This document shows, one piece after another, positions 60,156-64,000 of a stretch of DNA of 64,000 bases (position 1 is the stretch's first letter; every line of letters begins with the position of its first letter). Source of the DNA: the human T2T-CHM13v2.0 reference genome, Homo sapiens; the NCBI RefSeq assembly GCF_009914755.1, contig NC_060941.1; one strand, 5' to 3'. Both the position numbers and the translations under genes were made by a program. The notes below the pieces were generated by a model, which made no database searches, was not told the origin of the DNA, and saw only the letters and a list, made by a program, of their open reading frames with translations.

Positions 60156-60692
60156 GTCCGCCCGGCCCCGCCGTCTTGTGGAGCCCTGGGCGAGGCAACC
60201 CCTACCCTTGTCGATTTGGTTTTCCCGGACGAGTGCTCAGCACTCCCCTCCTCTCCACAGCTGGCATCGACCTCCACTGATCAGACTGTTTTCTTATCTG
60301 AGAAAGGGGTTCTTCATGCTCCTGGCCTTGTTCCTTCAATCATTAAACCAGAATGTATCGTCTGGCTGGTATTCCCAGCGCCTGGCCCGGTGCCTGGTGT
60401 AGGTTAGGGATCAGAGTAGATGATAATATTAGTTAACATCTATTACAACCTAATTACATGCCAGGCATTTATCTCCCAGCCCTACGAGGGAGGGAGGGTG
60501 GAGCGGCTCTGGGGCTTGCAAATCCGTGTGGTCTGGGTCCAGAACCAGACAGATCGCTTGTCCTAGGCGTGGAAGAGCCCTGTGGCATGAGCCCCCAATG
60601 GGGGGCACTTGGTACCCCAGCATTCCTCCCTGAGGCAGCCCTCAGCTCCAGTCCTGGGACTGCTCCGCTCAACCCCACCCCTCTCTCCACAG

Positions 60693-60743
60693 TGCCCGCC
60701 TAACCTGCACAAGCTGGACGGTTACTACTGTGACCATGAGCAG
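60693..60743 (+). CDS. ADAM11: ADAM11 exon 19
   Basis: CPPNLHKLDGYYCDHEQ; 51 nt. Confidence 0.95.
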
Positions 60744-60846
60744 GTATGATGGCTGCCCCCTGAGCCTGGGATTCAGGGCAGTCTCTTGTCTCCACTCTGA
60801 CCACTCAGCATCTCCATCCCTTGCCTCTTAATTCTTGGACTCTCAG

Positions 60847-60910
60847 GGCCGCTGCTACGGAGGTCGCTGCAAAACCCGGGACCGGCAGTGCCAGGTTCTT
60901 TGGGGCCATG
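60847..60910 (+). CDS. ADAM11: ADAM11 exon 20
   Basis: [21 protein letters not shown]; 64 nt. Confidence 0.95.
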
Positions 60911-61113
60911 GTGAGTCTGGCTAGGGCTGGGAGTGGGGACTCCGGAGGACCCAGAGCTGAGAAGCTGGGGAGAGTGGGTTCCAGCTGAACAGGCCCCCAA
61001 GTGTGTAGCTCCCCAGGATCTCAGGGACCCAGGCAGAGTGTGGGAGATGCAGGCCTGAGGTCTTGGGGTGGGTCCTGGGGCGCGTGGGGTCACTTGGCAT
61101 CCTCTCCCCACAG

Positions 61114-61213
61114 CGGCTGCTGATCGCTTCTGCTACGAGAAGCTGAATGTGGAGGGGACGGAGCGTGGGAGCTGTGGGCGCAAGGGATCCGGCTGGGTCC
61201 AGTGCAGTAAGCA
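61114..61213 (+). CDS. ADAM11: ADAM11 exon 21
   Basis: AAADRFCYEKLNVEGTERGSCGRKGSGWVQCSKQ; 100 nt. Confidence 0.96.
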
Positions 61214-61429
61214 GTGAGTACTGAGGCTCCCAGAGGGCCTCTCAGCTCCAGGGCAGGTGTGAGACTTTTCAGAGATGGGGCAGCAGGTTCTCCCAGGAGG
61301 AGCCTGTCAGTCCCAATGGGCGGGCACGTGGCAAATGAGGTGGCAGGGTGCAGGGTGAGGGCAGATTAGAGTTCAGTAGTTGAGTCTGAGGTCAAACTTG
61401 GGGCTCACTGTCTCTATATGCCCCAACAG

Positions 61430-61549
61430 GGACGTGCTGTGTGGCTTCCTCCTCTGTGTCAACATCTCTGGAGCTCCTCGGCTAGGGGACCTGGTGGGAG
61501 ACATCAGTAGTGTCACCTTCTACCACCAGGGCAAGGAGCTGGACTGCAG
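61430..61549 (+). CDS. ADAM11: ADAM11 exon 22
   Basis: DVLCGFLLCVNISG...GKELDCR; 120 nt. Confidence 0.96.
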
Positions 61550-61642
61550 GTGCTGGCCAGGACCAAGACTAGGGAGGGGAGGTTGCAGCTGTGCTGGGGG
61601 TTAGGAGACAGGGGGCTGAGGCTGGCTGTGTCACTTCCCCAG

Positions 61643-61811
61643 GGGAGGCCACGTGCAGCTGGCGGACGGCTCTGACCTGAGCTATGTGGAGGATGGCACA
61701 GCCTGCGGGCCTAACATGTTGTGCCTGGACCATCGCTGCCTGCCAGCTTCTGCCTTCAACTTCAGCACCTGCCCCGGCAGTGGGGAGCGCCGGATTTGCT
61801 CCCACCACGGG
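61643..61811 (+). CDS. ADAM11: ADAM11 exon 23
   Basis: [27 protein letters not shown]...RICSHHG; 169 nt. Confidence 0.96.
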
Positions 61812-61899
61812 GTGACTGCCTGGAGCCCGGGATGGCGGGAGAAGCTTACAAGAGGGGACAGGCCCCTGCTCACCTCTCCTGGCCCTGCCCTGCCTCTAG

Positions 61900-62014
61900 G
61901 TCTGCAGCAATGAAGGGAAGTGCATCTGTCAGCCAGACTGGACAGGCAAAGACTGCAGTATCCATAACCCCCTGCCCACGTCCCCACCCACGGGGGAGAC
62001 GGAGAGATATAAAG
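61900..62014 (+). CDS. ADAM11: ADAM11 exon 24 (EGF-like domain)
   Basis: [20 protein letters not shown]...ETERYK; 115 nt. Confidence 0.96.
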
Positions 62015-62099
62015 GTGAGGCTGGAGCTGGCCGAGGGGGGTCTGTCTGTCCCGCTCTCTATGCCTGTCCTTGCCAGCTAAGCCCTGCCATCCTCCCCAG

Positions 62100-62190
62100 G
62101 TCCCAGCGGCACCAACATCATCATTGGCTCCATCGCTGGGGCTGTCCTGGTTGCAGCCATCGTCCTGGGCGGCACGGGCTGGGGATTTAA
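62100..62190 (+). CDS. ADAM11: ADAM11 exon 25 (transmembrane helix)
   Basis: GPSGTNIIIGSIAGAVLVAAIVLGGTGWGFK; 91 nt. Confidence 0.97.
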
Positions 62191-62356
62191 GTAAGAGACA
62201 CACACACCCTGTGCCCCCTGGCATCCTTGAGGGGGGATCAGAATCCCTACTGGTGGAGCTGAGGGGGCCCTCCCTGAAAGCCCAACTGAACCAGAGCTCA
62301 CACGTCATAGGTCCAAGTAGCCTGCAGGGCTTAACATTTAGAAACTAGGAGATTTT

Positions 62357-62700
<344 letters not shown>

Positions 62701-63169
62701 AGGAGATTTTACACTAGCAATTCGGATTTCCAGCTCTGGAAACATGAAAAGGTTGAGCCCCAGCGTGCCTCTAAGCATCCCCAAATAGCCACAGAGTGGA
62801 GCTGGGCAGGGGCCACCCAAGCCAGGCATGTGTCCTCCAGTCTCCAGTCCCCACCCAGCCTATAATGCTTTGTGCGTGTCTAAGTTTGGGGTCCTTGTGC
62901 TGGTCTAACCCCCTTAATGTGCAGAGGAGGAACCCACGGCCCAAGGTCACATGATTGAGTTAGTAGCAGAGTCAGAGCTGGAACCGGGACGCATTTTTGT
63001 GGGTGCCCTGGGTAATTCTCCCTGGCCCTTACATTAGTGTCCAGGCCCCGGGGACCCCGGCCCCGCTCTGGGGCAAGGGGTCGCATGGCAGCCAAAGGCC
63101 CCTCCCTGAGAGAAGCAAAAGGTCAGATGTCTCCTTTTCCTCTCCCCTTCCACCATCCTCCCCCTGCAG

Positions 63170-63187
63170 AAACATTCGCCGAGGAAG
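63170..63187 (+). CDS. ADAM11: ADAM11 exon 26 (18-nt micro-exon, NIRRGR)
   Basis: Long polypyrimidine tract plus ctgcag; AAG|gtacga donor. Confidence 0.92.
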
Positions 63188-63686
63188 GTACGACCCGACC
63201 CAGCAGGGGGCAGTGTGATGCCGGCCACGTCATCCCTCCCGCTGTCCTTGTCTCCTCCATCTCATTCGTCACCCCGCGTTCTGTTGATGGGGAGCGGGGG
63301 CTGATTCCCCCACCCCTGCTGCCAGGCTGTCCCGGCAGGGGTGGGAGAGCCTCGCTCAGGGAAGAAGGTCCCAGCTGCCCTCGCCCTCGCCCGCTCAGGC
63401 CACGTCCTTCTCGACTGCCCTGCTGCGGCCAGGCCCTCCCCTGCCACCAGGTGGAACTGGAGCTGCGCCCCTGGCAGTCCCCATCCCCGGGAGGGCCCTC
63501 CCTGTGCGTCCCATCTGTTTTGTCTTCCATATCACCACTGTCTGACCTCCCGCAGATCCCTTCCCTGGCCAGCCTGTGACTTGCCGCCTGCCTCCAGGGC
63601 CCAGCACTGAGCTCCGGGGCCCTGCTGGGGGGCTCTCCCCGTGGCCCCTGCTCACGTCCTCCCCTGATGCCCCCTCTCCGTTCCAG

Positions 63687-63702
63687 GTCCGGAGGGGCCT
63701 AA
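63687..63702 (+). CDS. ADAM11: ADAM11 exon 27 coding part (SGGA*); 3'UTR continues past the window end
   Basis: ttccag acceptor, G TCC GGA GGG GCC TAA; completes the 769-aa count. Confidence 0.92.
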
Positions 63703-64000
63703 GTGCCACCCTCCTCCCTCCAAGCCTGGCACCCACCGTCTCGGCCCTGAACCACGAGGCTGCCCCCATCCAGCCACGGAGGGAGGCACCATGCAAATGT
63801 CTTCCAGGTCCAAACCCTTCAACTCCTGGCTCCGCAGGGGTTTGGGTGGGGGCTGTGGCCCTGCCCTTGGCACCACCAGGGTGGACCAGGCCTGGAGGGC
63901 ACTTCCTCCACAGTCCCCCACCCACCTCCTGCGGCTCAGCCTTGCACACCCACTGCCCCGTGTGAATGTAGCTTCCACCTCATGGATTGCCACAGCTCAA

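Larger units (their letters stand above)
58880..60240. promoter_or_regulatory. Intragenic CpG-rich island over ADAM11 exons 15-18
   Basis: High CpG density in introns as well as exons, with several GGGCGG boxes. Confidence 0.7.

Overview
Human genomic DNA, Alu-dense and GC-rich, recognised from the translated exons as the DBF4B-ADAM11 locus (chr17q21). The + strand carries DBF4B/DRF1/ASKL1 coding exons 3-14 (6840-35200; exons 1-2 lie upstream of the window; exon numbers recalled), a ~6 kb intergenic stretch, the ADAM11 CpG-island promoter and all 27 ADAM11 coding exons (43146-63702). The ADAM11 exon lengths sum to 2310 nt (769 aa + stop). A processed RPL6 pseudogene (- strand) is inserted in an old L1 in DBF4B intron 2. 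Repeats include many Alus, MER20, MLT1 and THE1 LTRs, MER5, MIR and L1 remnants. There are no prokaryotic systems, CRISPR arrays or recognisable tRNA/rRNA genes, and most ORF-track entries are Alu or GC-rich artefacts. Best leads: (1) a hidden alternative terminal exon of DBF4B, where exon 13 reads through 298 codons into intron 13 and has its own 3'UTR-like tract and AATAAA, while the canonical distal poly(A) signal sits in a MIR tail; (2) a non-Alu 28-bp inverted repeat bracketing DBF4B exon 7; (3) two local direct duplications nested around exons 9-10; (4) in ADAM11, a uORF overlapping the start codon, a consensus donor inside exon 3 and an alternative C-terminal tail. I could not check whether these are already described.
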